Below, in pieces: positions 1 to 11,799 of a stretch of DNA of 64,000 nucleotides. The notes under the pieces are model-generated. The model did not search any database, had not been told where the DNA came from, and saw only the letters and a program-made list of their open reading frames with translations. The stretch covers positions 496,001 through 560,000 of the forward strand of contig OZ025805.1 of assembly GCA_964019425.1 (NCBI GenBank). Direction: 5' to 3'. How positions within the stretch are numbered: the first letter of the stretch is position 1; each line of letters opens with the position of its first letter. The DNA comes from Flectonema sp. DT1601. Taxonomy: Eukaryota. The position numbers and the translations under genes are program-made.

Positions 1-1665
1 GTTCAATCACTTGTGCGAAAATAAAAAAATAAAAATAAAAGGTGAGGAAAGCGGAAAGGAAAAAGCGGTTCTACTTTTTCCTTTGTTTGTTTTTTTTTAA
101 TTAGTTTCTTCTCCCTCAAGAACTCTAATTTAAAAAATTTAATTATACTTTTCCTTCTCAACAAGTTGTTTGTTCGCAACCAGGGGTACAAAATCCTAAT
201 AAAGGAAAATAGGTTTGGTTACGCTGCACAACTTCTCCTCATCCCAATAATTTGTTTCTTGGGTGTACAAAAAAAAAAAAAAAGAGAACATCATCTCGCC
301 TGTGAAAGCCTCACGGTTGTGGTAATGAATGAGCTTCTCCAGAGGCTTGATTCCAAAATGAATAAACTACTGCGCATTATATGTTTTTTTTTTTTTTTTT
401 TTTATTTATTATTATTATTGAGCCTCGTCTTTTGAGTGTTTCTTTACTATCAATTGTGTAACAAAAAAAAAATATAAAAAAAAAAAAAATGTTTTTCTGC
501 ACAATATGAAAAAAAAAAAAAAAAAAAAAGAAAAAAGGAAAACAAAAAAAATCGAAGAGGCATGCAGCGGTGATGATAGTTTTTTTTTTTTCTTTTCTAT
601 TTTTTTCGGCTATGCCGAATGCTTTCTTCTTAGCTGAAGGCAAGAGGTGACAAAGTCTGTTCTGCATTTCATTTTATTTCTTTGTAAGATTGCGAAGGAG
701 ATTTGGGAGGGGGGGGGGATGGGAAAAGGAGGTGGGGAGGGAGGGGGAAATTCAACTATTCACTAAATAATAATACAACTTAATGTAGGGATGTCATCAT
801 ATTGTTTTTGTGTTACAGTAAAAAAAAAAAAGGGAAGACGATGTTGAAAATGAGAATAAACAAAGTACTCTGCCGCAGACTAAAGACAGACTTCTTGGGA
901 GAGTTACGTGTCTTTTGAGGATCTCGTTTATTCTGAACGCATTTTCTTTTTTCCACGTCATTCATCGTTGTTTCGATTCAAAAAAAAATTGTATTAAAAA
1001 AAAAAAATAAATAAATAATAAAAAAAAAACAATACTTCGATTCCTGTTTTTTGTTTTTTTTTTTTTTTTGTCCCCCTGTTTTTCCCAGCACCACCTCCCG
1101 AGGTTTGCGATTTTATTTTCGGTCTTCTACTACCTTTTTTTTTTTTTTTGTTTTTTCCAACTTTTTCTCAAAACCCACCTCTTCTCCCCAACTACCCCTT
1201 TTTTTTGGGTACTATGCTTTCAAAGCACTCTCTACCCACTGAACACCCTTCACTTTTTTGTGTGACAATTGCTGTCAAAAGTATTGTGGTTATTTTGTGA
1301 TTCGTTACTTTTTACATTTCATGCAGGTATCAGATGTTGATTAAAAAGTGTTTTGAAAGGAAGAGTCGTTATATTACCCTTAAGCAACAGAATGTATCGA
1401 TGACTGGTGCTCTTTGGAAGGTATTGTGACGTCGGTTTTGGAAACAAGTAATTCATTGTAAAACAGTATTCATCTCCCTTTACAGGAATCTAACAACATG
1501 TCGCATTCTTCGTAGTATTCGATACCCAGACATGATTCAATGTAGGGATCGTATTTATATAATTGTTGCCGCCTGGCGTTTGGAACACAACATCCACACA
1601 TTCTTTACACAGCAGCCATATATTAACACCCCACAGCAAATAGTATTTCAAAAAACTAACAAACA

Positions 1666-3606
1666 ATGCAAATTTTTGTGACGTGTCCTGATTGGGGACT
1701 CCCCGCAGTGACAGTGACGGCTGGTGCTGATTCAGTTGTGAGCGACGTGTTGACGGCGGCGGCTGGGGAGTGGGATGTGGATCCGGAGGAAGTTGAACTC
1801 TCGTTTGCTGGTGATACCCTTTGCGAAACTGATCGGCTGGCAGATCATGGAGTGGTTGCAAACAGCGAGTTTGAAATGTGGAAGAAGCAGTTTAGGATAT
1901 TCGGTAAATGCTGGTTTGTTGATGATGCAAAACGGGAGAAGCTGCTTCTTTGGATGAGAGACCATATTACGGAGTACTTATGTCTGGACACTCCGACATT
2001 CACAGAAGATGGTTGCCTCACTGTTGACCGTGACCTGCTTCCTTCAGATGCCAAACAGGTTGCTTTCCGCAATTCAAATTCCAACAGCACAGCCATGTCA
2101 TCAGTTACCACTATCGGAGATAAGTTCTTATATGGCTGTTCCCAAATCACTTGGGTAACGAAACTCGGACAGCGCGCCTCCTCGTGGTGTTGCCTGGATG
2201 CACCTTGTGTGTAACTAGAGTGCTGACGTATTGTTGTTGCTGTGTATTCTTTCACCCCCGTTTTATTTTCCGGTAGCCTAACCTTTAAAAAAAAAGGACA
2301 ACATAGCAGAAGGTCAGGTGATCCGGCCCGGGATACTCAGGCACCCAGAGCTCACAGGGGCCACCGGGTTTTTATTTTTTCCTTAGTGGCATGATTTCCC
2401 TTTACCCCCATTTCCTTCAAACTTCCCCCGTTTAGTCTTTTCACGCATGGGGGGATTATAAGTTCAGGTCGCCTGAAATGTATTAACAGTATCAGCCCCG
2501 CGAGTTACTCGGGGAGCTCCCATGCAATGTGTGGAGAAAGAGGCCATCCCTCCCCCTACCTCTCTGCTTTACTACGTCGTTTTTTGTGTGTGGCATTTCT
2601 TTTCTTATATTCTTTTCTTTTCAATCTTGTTCCTTCACACGCAGTTGTTCGAGCGGTTGTGAACCACCTTGGGTCTCTTACGGTCTCCAAGCTACTGTTG
2701 TGCGAAGAAACAAATCTGTTGGTGCGGTGGCCTTCCGACGCCACCTGGACCGCAACTCGTTCACAGTGCCCTACCCGGTTCTCCACCGGACCGCCTGAGC
2801 GACGGGATCCATGGGATTCAAACCCCTAAACACTGGTTAATTTTGGCTGTTCCCAAATCACTTCTCTTGACCTTTCCAGTCTTCATAGTGTCACAACTAT
2901 TGGATATGAATTCTTGTATTTCTCACGACTCACTTCTGTTGACCTTTCTAGTCTTCGTAGTGTAACATCCATTGGTTGTAGTTTCTTGTCCTATTCCAAA
3001 ATCACTTCTCTTGACCTTTCAGGTCTAAGTAGTGTCACAAGTATTGGTGGTAGTTTCTTGTCAAACTGTAAACAAATTACTTCTCTTGACCTTTCAGGTC
3101 TTGGTAGTGTCATCACTATTGGAGATAGATTCTTGAGTTACTGTTCAGGAATCACTTCTGTGAACTTCTCCGGTCTTAGTAATGTCACCACTTTTGGCAA
3201 CTGGTTCATGTATTCCTGTTCAGGAATCACTACCCTTGACCTTGCAGGTCTTAGTAGTGTCACCAGTATTGGATTTTTGTTCTTGGAATCCTGTTTGCGT
3301 ATCACTTCTCTTGACCTTTCAGGTCTTAGCAGCATCACCACTATTGGGAGTTGTTTCTTGTCTTCCTGTTCGCGACTCACTTCTGTGAACTTCTCAGCTC
3401 TTAGTAATGTCACCACTATTGGGAGATGTTTCATGTCTTCCTGTTCAGGAATCACTACTCTTGACCTTTCAGATCTAAGTAGTGTCACCACTATTGGTGA
3501 TTGCTTTCTCAGTAAATGCTACTCTCTCACATCTGTGCAGCTGCCTGAAAGTAATAGCGCTCTCTTTGAGAAGTCTGTGAAAGCAGCGATTGATCATTCA
3601 GGATAA
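1666..3606 (+). pseudogene. Ubiquitin-like N-terminal domain + BspA-type LRR protein, interrupted by a 691-bp retroposon insertion
   Basis: N-terminus MQIFV...VELSFAGDTL...LADHGV is ubiquitin-like. It is followed by LRR units of the form VTTIGxxFLxxCSxITSLDLSGLSS. Removing 2153-2863 (insert plus one TSD) joins ORFs 1666.. and ..3606 into one 409-aa frame. Confidence 0.85.
2153..2843 (+). mobile_element. Non-autonomous non-LTR retroposon-like insertion, oligo-T end, 20-bp TSD
   Basis: TGGCTGTTCCCAAATCACTT is duplicated at 2133-2152 and 2844-2863. The equivalent site in the paralogue (about 4903-4922) is empty. The last 100 bp recur at 5072-5171. Confidence 0.85.
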
Positions 3607-3711
3607 AGTGGTGAATTGATTCTTATTGTTTTGTTTTTTGTTTAACTCATTACCATCGTGTACCTTCTGACTAAAATATGAAAACTTCTTTTCCCTTTGA
3701 GGGAATGTAAT

Positions 3712-3853
3712 TACATGTCGCATCCTCGTAGTATTCGATACCCAGATGTCACTTGTACGAGTTCTTTCTAACAGCAAGTTTAGCGTTTCGATGAAATAAT
3801 TCAAAAGAAGCAACGCAAGTTTTAGTGACGTGTCCTGATTGGGGACTCCCCGC
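3712..3853 (+). repeat. Degenerate fragment of the upstream/5' region of the Ubl-LRR gene
   Basis: Matches 'acatgtcgcat..cgtagtattcgatacccaga' (about 1495-1530) and 'gtgacgtgtcctgattggggactccccgc' (about 1678-1706). Confidence 0.7.
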
Positions 3854-4443
3854 GGCACTCGCTATGATGATGATGATATCACTTCATGTGGCTCAGATAG
3901 CTCATAATTCATCATAAATTGTGACTTCATATAAAGAAAGTGTTGTACAAGTGTTTTCATTAAGTATCAAAGTAGCACACGTAGACCTCCTTTAATTTTA
4001 TCAGTTTCGGTTCACAGTTTCGTGACACAAACAAAAAATCACAGTAGTTGTTATATTATTATTCTCTGTATAGTGCAAGATAAAGCCAATTCTTTTTTTG
4101 TAAATATAAACCCATTGTTGTTTGGTAGAGCGTAACTAACCTATTCCTTTATTTATTGTTGCGCCAAAACAAAACAAAAATGAAGTGCAATTTGCCGATT
4201 CCTTTTTACCCAGGTACTTTTACAAAGAATGTAGAACCGAATTGGTTAAACATTTCATTACAGGAATCTAACAACATGTCGCATTCTTCGTAGTATTCGA
4301 TACCCAGACATGATTCAATGTAGGGATCGTATTTATATAATTGTTGCCGCCTGGCGTTTGGAACACAACATCCACACATTCTTTACACAGCAGCCATATA
4401 TTAACACCCCACAGCAAATAGTAATTCAAAAAACTAACAAACA

Positions 4444-5326
4444 ATGCAAGTTTTTGTGACTTGTCCTGATTGGGGACCCCGCAGTGACAGTGACGGCTGG
4501 TGCTGATTCGGTTTGATCGACGTGTTGACGGCGGCGGCTGGGGAGTGGGATGTGGATCCGGAGGAAGTTGAACTCTCGTTTGATACCCTTTGCGAAACTG
4601 ATCGGCTGGCAGATCATGGAGTGGTTGCAAACAGCGAGTTTGAAATGGCGAAGAAGCAGTTTAGGATATTCGGTAAATGCTGGTTTGTTGATGATGCAAA
4701 ACGGGAGCAGCTGCTTCTTTGGATGAGAGACCACATTACGGAGTACTTATGTCTGGACACTCCGACATTCACAGAAGATGGTTGCCTCACAGTTGACCGT
4801 AACCTGCTTCCTTCAGATGCCAAACAGGTTGCTTTCCGCAATTCAAATTCCAACAGCACAGCCATGTCATCAGTTACCACTATCGGAGATAAGTTCTTAT
4901 ATGGCTGTTCCCAAATCACTTCTCTTGGCCTTTCAAGTCTTAGTAGTGTCACCACTATTGGTGATTATTTCTTGTCTTTCTGTTCCCAAATCACTTCTCT
5001 TGACCTTTCAGGTCTTAGTAGTGTCACCACAATTGGCGATTTATTCTTTTATTCCTGTTCAGGAGTCACTTCCTGGACCGCAACTCGTTCACAGTGCCCT
5101 ACCCGGTTCTCCACCGGACCGCCTGAGCGACGGGATCCATGGGATTCAAACCCCTAAACACTGGTTAATTTTTTTTTTCCTGTTCAGGAGTCACTTCTCT
5201 GGACCTTTCAGGTCTAAGTGGTGTTACGAGAATAGGGAATAATTTCCTCAGTGTATGCGATTCTCTTGTATCTGTCCAGCTTCCTGAAAGTAATGTCTTT
5301 GAGAAGCCTTTGAAGGCAGTGATTAG
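4444..5326 (+). pseudogene. Second Ubl-LRR paralogue: frameshifted, fewer LRRs, carries a truncated retroposon
   Basis: 4259-4922 is near-identical to 1481-2152, with small deletions (ggggacccc vs ggggactcccc) that break the frame after the ATG at 4444. Insertion at 5072-5176. The C-terminal cap remnant ...QLPESN is present. Confidence 0.85.
5072..5176 (+). mobile_element. 5'-truncated copy of the same retroposon, oligo-T tail, 20-bp TSD
   Basis: Identical to 2744-2843 plus a longer T tail. TTCCTGTTCAGGAGTCACTT is duplicated at 5052-5071 and 5177-5196. Confidence 0.88.
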
Positions 5327-5644
5327 CTGAACCATATCTATTGTTCTCTTATTGAGTTCCTGATCTCACCCCCACTTCCCCACTTCCCCACTTCCCAGAA
5401 CTGTACAGATACTTCTTTGTTGTGGATTTCTGACTTGTTTAATCTGAACTCTTAATTATAAACTATATTTCTTTATCAGGTGCATCCAGTGAACTAACCC
5501 CCCGAATCCCCAAATTGGACAGCACGTATGGGATTTTGTCGATACCAACTGTTGGTATTTTTACGCGTGAGTGACGCTAACTTAGTTTACTCCAAATTTC
5601 GAGTTGTTTTATATTTAATTACTTTATCAAGGTAACCTCAAAGA

Positions 5645-6135
5645 ATGTATCGAGGTACTCTTAGTAGGGGATTGGTACGTCGGTATTCATCATCATCGGC
5701 AACTGAGCGGTTTTGGAAATGGACTTCGCAGTCGAGGGAACACAAGAAATATTCCAGTGGATGGTGGACTGAGGGATTAATAATCTGTACGGTATTCGCT
5801 GTAACTGGTAGTTCGTCACTGATGTTCGTGAGACCTGCGCTTAGGACTGTAGGTGTTGAGGGTGATATGTGGAATGGTCCATGGTCTTACCGGATAGCGA
5901 GCTTGTTAATTGTAACTCCTATCTACTCACTAATCCTTCTCACTGTCGGTACTCTCGCAGGAAGACACAAACAATTTGCGAAACAGACGCTCAAAATATG
6001 GGGAAGAGTTCTTCCTAAGAAGGTTTGTGTGTTACTATTACTATTAACAAAATAAAAAACAAAAACAAATTTTAATAAAATAAATAACAGACGCGGCAAA
6101 AACTGATTTGCAATCCGGCAAAACGGCTGCAGTAG
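5645..6135 (+). CDS. DUF6787-like small two-TM protein; exons 5645-6022 and 6091-6135
   Basis: VFAVTGSSS..VRP motif and two hydrophobic helices. The Arg/Ser-rich N-terminus resembles a mitochondrial presequence. A 68-nt GT..AG intron (6023-6090) gives the in-frame tail TRQKLICNPAKRLQ*. Confidence 0.7.
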
Positions 6136-6615
6136 GTAACTTTTATATTATAACAAAATTAAAAAAGGGTACTTGCACAAGACAGCAGTCAGGTGTTTCT
6201 GACACTGAGTTTGGCTTAGTCCTACTCTTTTAGTCATTAAAGACTCCTCTCTGAAGTGAATTATTATTGTTTTAGTTATTGTGTATCTCTAGTGCCAATA
6301 GCTACTACATCGCGAGGACTGCTGTCCCCACTCATAGCGACAGCGGGTTTACATTATTATCAATTGAGAGAAATGACTCTGCAGTCTCGGTTATTTCAAT
6401 GAAAGGAAAAAAACAAAAAAATAACAATAAAGGCAGAGTACTATGAAGCAATGCGGCTGTAGATTTAAAATTCTTTCAACTTAGCATTCCACGATCACGG
6501 TCTCTATCGGCAAAGGATATACATCCCTCGTTACACTTTTTGTGGACTGCTGGTTCACCCTCTCTGGGATTCTCTCAGACAGATCAAAAAAAAAAAAAAA
6601 AAAAAAAATGAAACG

Positions 6616-6646
<31 letters not shown>

Positions 6647-7211
6647 GATTTTTTTTTTTAAAAAAACAGCATCAATATTTTCTAAACTGTATTGTATATA
6701 ATCACAAAAAAAAAGAGGAAATTTATTTATTTTTTGTTTTGTTTTTTTTCAGATAAGCCAAAAAAAAAAAAAAAAAAAAAAAACGCCGAATGTCACTCTA
6801 ATTTTCTTTTCAAAAAAAAAAAAAAAAAGAAAAAAACATCTGACTGTCCTCCAAGTGACTTCGGCAGGCTTTATTAGGTATAGCCAGGTATACTTTGCGA
6901 GTATTAAGGTTGGTGTTGTTTTTGAAGTTGGTGTTAGTTTTTTTTTCCCCCGACAGCGACATATGGGATTTTTTATCGATACCAAACTGTTGATTTTCTT
7001 ATATTGCAACCAGGTTATTGGCCGAACCCTATTCTCGTTTTAGTCAGTTTTAGCAAGTTGCTTTATATTTAATAGTATCAAGTTACCCCCCGACAACAGA
7101 TATCAACTGTTGGTCTCTGACGGATGGTTAAAATTATCGTTTTTTTTTTTTTATGATTAATACGATACTGTTGGTATTTTATACATTTTTTCCTCTTTTT
7201 TAAAAAAAGAT

Positions 7212-9194
7212 ATGAGATTTCTCACTACATGTATAAACTTATTCATCGCAATAGTCGGTAGCTTGCTGACAGTTGGAGAAGGATTACAGATACGATACGT
7301 CAGCCCAATGGTTGCGGCCACTACCACATTTCAGGTGTCATCAATTGCTGGATTGCAACATGACGTTGGAGGAAAAAATTTTCAAATGCTGTTAATTGGT
7401 TCTCAGACGATCATAATATCAAACCCTGAGTGGAAGTGGAATGCGTCAGATGTTTCATCGGTAACCCTTACTGCCTTACTCGGAGGGTTAATTATCCTTC
7501 CAATTAACTTAACTGTTGAGGTAGAAAACTCAAATGGAGGTTGGGATCTTTTCTATTCAGCTCCAGGTACTCACGAAGCAATATTCTACTTGGGATCGAC
7601 TATTACATATCGAAGGACGTGGCCGTTGGTTTCTATTCCGACAGAGGTTCCAACAGGTATCCCTAACACAAATCATCCAACTGCTGTACCAACACTGATG
7701 CCAACAACTGAAATTCCGAAAACAGTTATTCCGGTAACGCCTCTCCCTCTCCCGACTACATTCACTCCGACTACAGCAGTTCCTTCAGCTGTTCCACAAA
7801 CTTTGGTACCAACACAAATGGGTGTCGATGATACTTTGATACCAACAACACTACCGATGAGTAACCTTCCGGATGGTACTGCTCAACCTCTTCAAGTGAT
7901 TACTACGACTCCTATCCCGACTCTCGTGTCAGAGTTACTTCAAACTACTAAAGATGTTGGATTCGGAACAGCACTCTCTTCAATATTAACAGGTAGTGGT
8001 ACTGCTGGGTCTACAATGAGATTGATTGTCGTGTCAGGTGGATGTCAGTTGACTGGTGTTCGTAGACTGCCTTCGATATTTAATCCAACTCAACTTATTA
8101 TCGATCAGTCTGAACCTCTTGGAGCTCTCATCGCTAACATCTCAATTATATTTGGAATTATTATTATTTTAGTTACCTTGTCAAAGTTACTAACGATCAT
8201 CTCACCGAAATCAACATCATTCTTCAACGCCAACGATCCAAATGGGTTTCTCAGGTTTCCTTCAGGTCCTCTTTTTATCGCTCAATGGTTTTATCAGGGT
8301 CTAGTTTTTTCAACTTTTTTAGTAATTTATCATGCGCAGTCTGTTGGTATTGCTGTTGTTGGCGGTGTTGGTGGTGTGTTTTGTCTTGTTTTGCCTATTG
8401 GAGCAGTCAATCTATCGAGTGGAGGAATTCCAACACGCGGATACTACAAACCCGTTGGTGGCAACGAGAGCAGCAGTTCCCTCTCCAGAAACATAAAAAA
8501 TGCTATGTTAGGAAGGGGTGAGTGGATTTCGAGAACCAGAAATGATGATTGGGTGCAAAAACACGCATCAATTGTGCGCAAGTTCGAACCTGGGTATACT
8601 TGGTTTTTACTGTTGGATGCTGCAGTTCAATTCTGCATTGCTGTTGTTGCAGCTTTACCAACCCCGAATCATACCGCATGTGCGCACACTCGCATTGCAC
8701 AGTGTATAGTGTTAATGACTTACATGTTGGCTATCTGTTTCTCGAGACCTTTCGCACGCGTCCGTGACACTTGTTTTGAACTCGCCTCAACTGGAGGGCA
8801 ATCAGCTGGACTTTTGTTGTCTGCGATGTCATTTTACAAAGTTAAAAATGATAACTTTCGGGAATCGAGCCTGAGCAGTTCTTCAGATATATGCTACACC
8901 CTAACAACTGCGATAGTGATATTGGGAATACTGTTGGAACTGTTGTCGGAGGGATTTGTTTTTTTCACTTCACGGAGAAGTAGACTTCAAGAGGACGTTT
9001 GGAAACGGCAGCCGAGGGGTGACCGACCGCCGTCTTTTGCGAATGTTTCGGACGTACGCGATGATGGAGCAACGACGTTGGAATCGCTGTCTTGTTGTTT
9101 GACACCATTCCCATTTGGAAATAATAATTACCTGGATATCGAAATAGAACACAAATCTAAACAAAGTGATTCCCCGATGGATGTCGATCTCTGA
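7212..9194 (+). CDS. Signal peptide + Pro/Thr-rich stalk + multi-pass (about 7 TM) membrane protein
   Basis: 660-aa ORF with a hydrophobic N-terminus, a PT-rich segment and several hydrophobic helices. The architecture resembles euglenozoan 7TM surface-protein families such as bodonins (inference). Confidence 0.8.
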   Translation: MRFLTTCINLFIAIVGSLLTVGEGLQIRYVSPMVAATTTFQVSSIAGLQHDVGGKNFQMLLIGSQTIIISNPEWKWNASDVSSVTLTALLGGLIILPINLTVEVENSNGGWDLFYSAPGTHEAIFYLGSTITYRRTWPLVSIPTEVPTGIPNTNHPTAVPTLMPTTEIPKTVIPVTPLPLPTTFTPTTAVPSAVPQTLVPTQMGVDDTLIPTTLPMSNLPDGTAQPLQVITTTPIPTLVSELLQTTKDVGFGTALSSILTGSGTAGSTMRLIVVSGGCQLTGVRRLPSIFNPTQLIIDQSEPLGALIANISIIFGIIIILVTLSKLLTIISPKSTSFFNANDPNGFLRFPSGPLFIAQWFYQGLVFSTFLVIYHAQSVGIAVVGGVGGVFCLVLPIGAVNLSSGGIPTRGYYKPVGGNESSSSLSRNIKNAMLGRGEWISRTRNDDWVQKHASIVRKFEPGYTWFLLLDAAVQFCIAVVAALPTPNHTACAHTRIAQCIVLMTYMLAICFSRPFARVRDTCFELASTGGQSAGLLLSAMSFYKVKNDNFRESSLSSSSDICYTLTTAIVILGILLELLSEGFVFFTSRRSRLQEDVWKRQPRGDRPPSFANVSDVRDDGATTLESLSCCLTPFPFGNNNYLDIEIEHKSKQSDSPMDVDL

Positions 9195-9964
9195 GATCAG
9201 CTGCTGTGATGTTCATCTCAGTTCTGGTGTTTTGTTTGTCTTCCTCTCTTTTTATATTTCTTGTTAAAGGCTTAACTAATGTGAGTTAGTCTGGGGGGTC
9301 AATTACCTTGTCGTCCTTTTGTAGCTTCACAACCAAGGTCTTCTTATCTTCCGTTACTTTTATTTTTTTTATTTTTTTGCTCACCGAGAGCCTCACGATT
9401 TTATTTTTATTTGTCTGTGAAGTTTTTATTTTTTTTTTTTGCTCAACCGGGTTTGCCCATGCCATATTTAGGTTACAATTATGTTTCCCGTTTTTTTTTT
9501 TTTTTTTTTTTCTCTGATGAATCCATTACAAAGAATCGATACGTTCTGTTTGATTTTTGATCAATAAGCGTGCAGACTTTGCCGTTTTTTTTTTTGTAAA
9601 AAAAGAACAAAAGGGAGAACAAAAAAAAAAAAAAAAAATAAAGAAAAAGTTTCTGCGGTTCGTCCGGGCAATCATCAACAACTCCCCTTTGCCTGAGTTA
9701 AGTTATTTGCTTGGGTTTTACTCACGTTTTTTTTTTTAATTTTTTTGTTTTTTTTTTTGGAAAAAAACATTGAAACCTATAGAAGTAATGTTTTTGAACA
9801 ATTGGAAAAAAAAAAAAAAAAACATCTGCCAGACAACCTACTGAGTACTTTAGTTCTAAAGACGGAGTGGAGTGATCGGAAACAGAATAGTGACAGCTAT
9901 TTTATGGATTGCACAAGTGTTTATTTTATTAGTATCCAACGTGAATATTATCAGCGCGTGTTTT

Positions 9965-9999
<35 letters not shown>

Positions 10000-11183
10000 T
10001 TGTCTACTTAAGAAATAAAAGAATAAGAGCATTATGTCAGCTGCTTTTATGTTTTTTTGAGTTTGGACTCATTTTCCCGAAGCAAAAAAGAAAAAAAAAA
10101 AAAAGAAAAAAAAAAATCTACTTCAACTGTTGTTTCTTTTGGCGTAATTATAAGCCAGAGGATTGTTTGTTAATTTGTGTGGCATGATTATTTTATTATA
10201 CACTCTTCCTCTGCTCTTCTTTTCTTCTAACTACAGTCCCAAGTCTAGCGGTTGGTTTTTTTTTATTTTTTATTTTTTTCCTGCTAGTGATCGATTATTG
10301 AATAATTAAATTCAGTATTTGGTTGGACTCTCTAAACAAGCTATCTGCATCTGTAATTTGGTTTTGGTGTTCTTGCAATTTGTTTATTTATTTTTGGGAC
10401 AACCTCTAATTCCGCACAAAGTTTGTTCAAAATTCCTGATTTCAACACAAAGTTTGTAAAAAACCGCCAGCTCCACACACAAAGTTTTGCATCAAAAACA
10501 CGAAACTTTCAAAAACCGCCAGCTTAGCTGCGGAATTAGGGAGTTTTCCCTTTATTTTATTTGAACTATTTTAAAGGTTCTTGTTGGATATTTTATTATT
10601 TTTCCAATTTTATATCTGTTCTTCTTCTCCTGGCTATTCATAACAATCCTAAACAAGATTAGACAGGTTGTTGTTGCCCTCGTCACAGTTAATTAAATCT
10701 AGTTTGATGTATCAGTGATGGGCAAGTAAGGTACCGTACTTCCGTATTCGTCTACATCAGGGAACTCGTTTAAAGTCTACCAGTAGTTTGGCATCTGTCA
10801 ATAAATAGAAGACTATTGTACTTACGATTTCACCGTTTCGAACTTTTACACGTTCTGTGTTTTCTCTTCTTCTTTCTTTTTTTTATTTTTTTTTTTTTGC
10901 AGTTTGTGAAACTATCATTTCTAGTTCTCAATGTTAACCAACACCGACACACAATTGTGATTACGTTATCGCCTTTGGGTGGAAAAATAACATCTTATTT
11001 TTGTACAAAAAAAAAAAATGAGAAAGCAAGGCTGCAAAAAATAAGAATTTAACAAAAAAAAAAAAAAAAAAAAGAGTATGAGAAGACCCACTTCGGTCAC
11101 TTCAGTTGCATCTTTAAAGAAAAAAAATCAAGGTAATCTCCTTTTTTTTTTGTTAACAGCAAACAGTATATACAAAACAAGAA

Positions 11184-11719
<536 letters not shown>

Positions 11720-11767
11720 AAAAAAAAGGGGGGGGAAAATAAAATAATTTTTTTGAAAAAAAATACC

Positions 11768-11799
<32 letters not shown>

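Noticed and set aside
2155..2879. Possibility that the 691-bp insert is spliced out (GTAACG donor at 2155)
   Set aside because: The nearest downstream AG (2878-2879) gives an out-of-frame join, so no canonical splice restoring the ORF was seen. Non-canonical splicing cannot be excluded without RNA data.
2864..3540. CRISPR-like or DGR-like periodic repeats
   Set aside because: The periodicity is the coding LRR unit. There are no spacers, no template/variable repeat pair with adenine-specific changes, and the context is eukaryotic.
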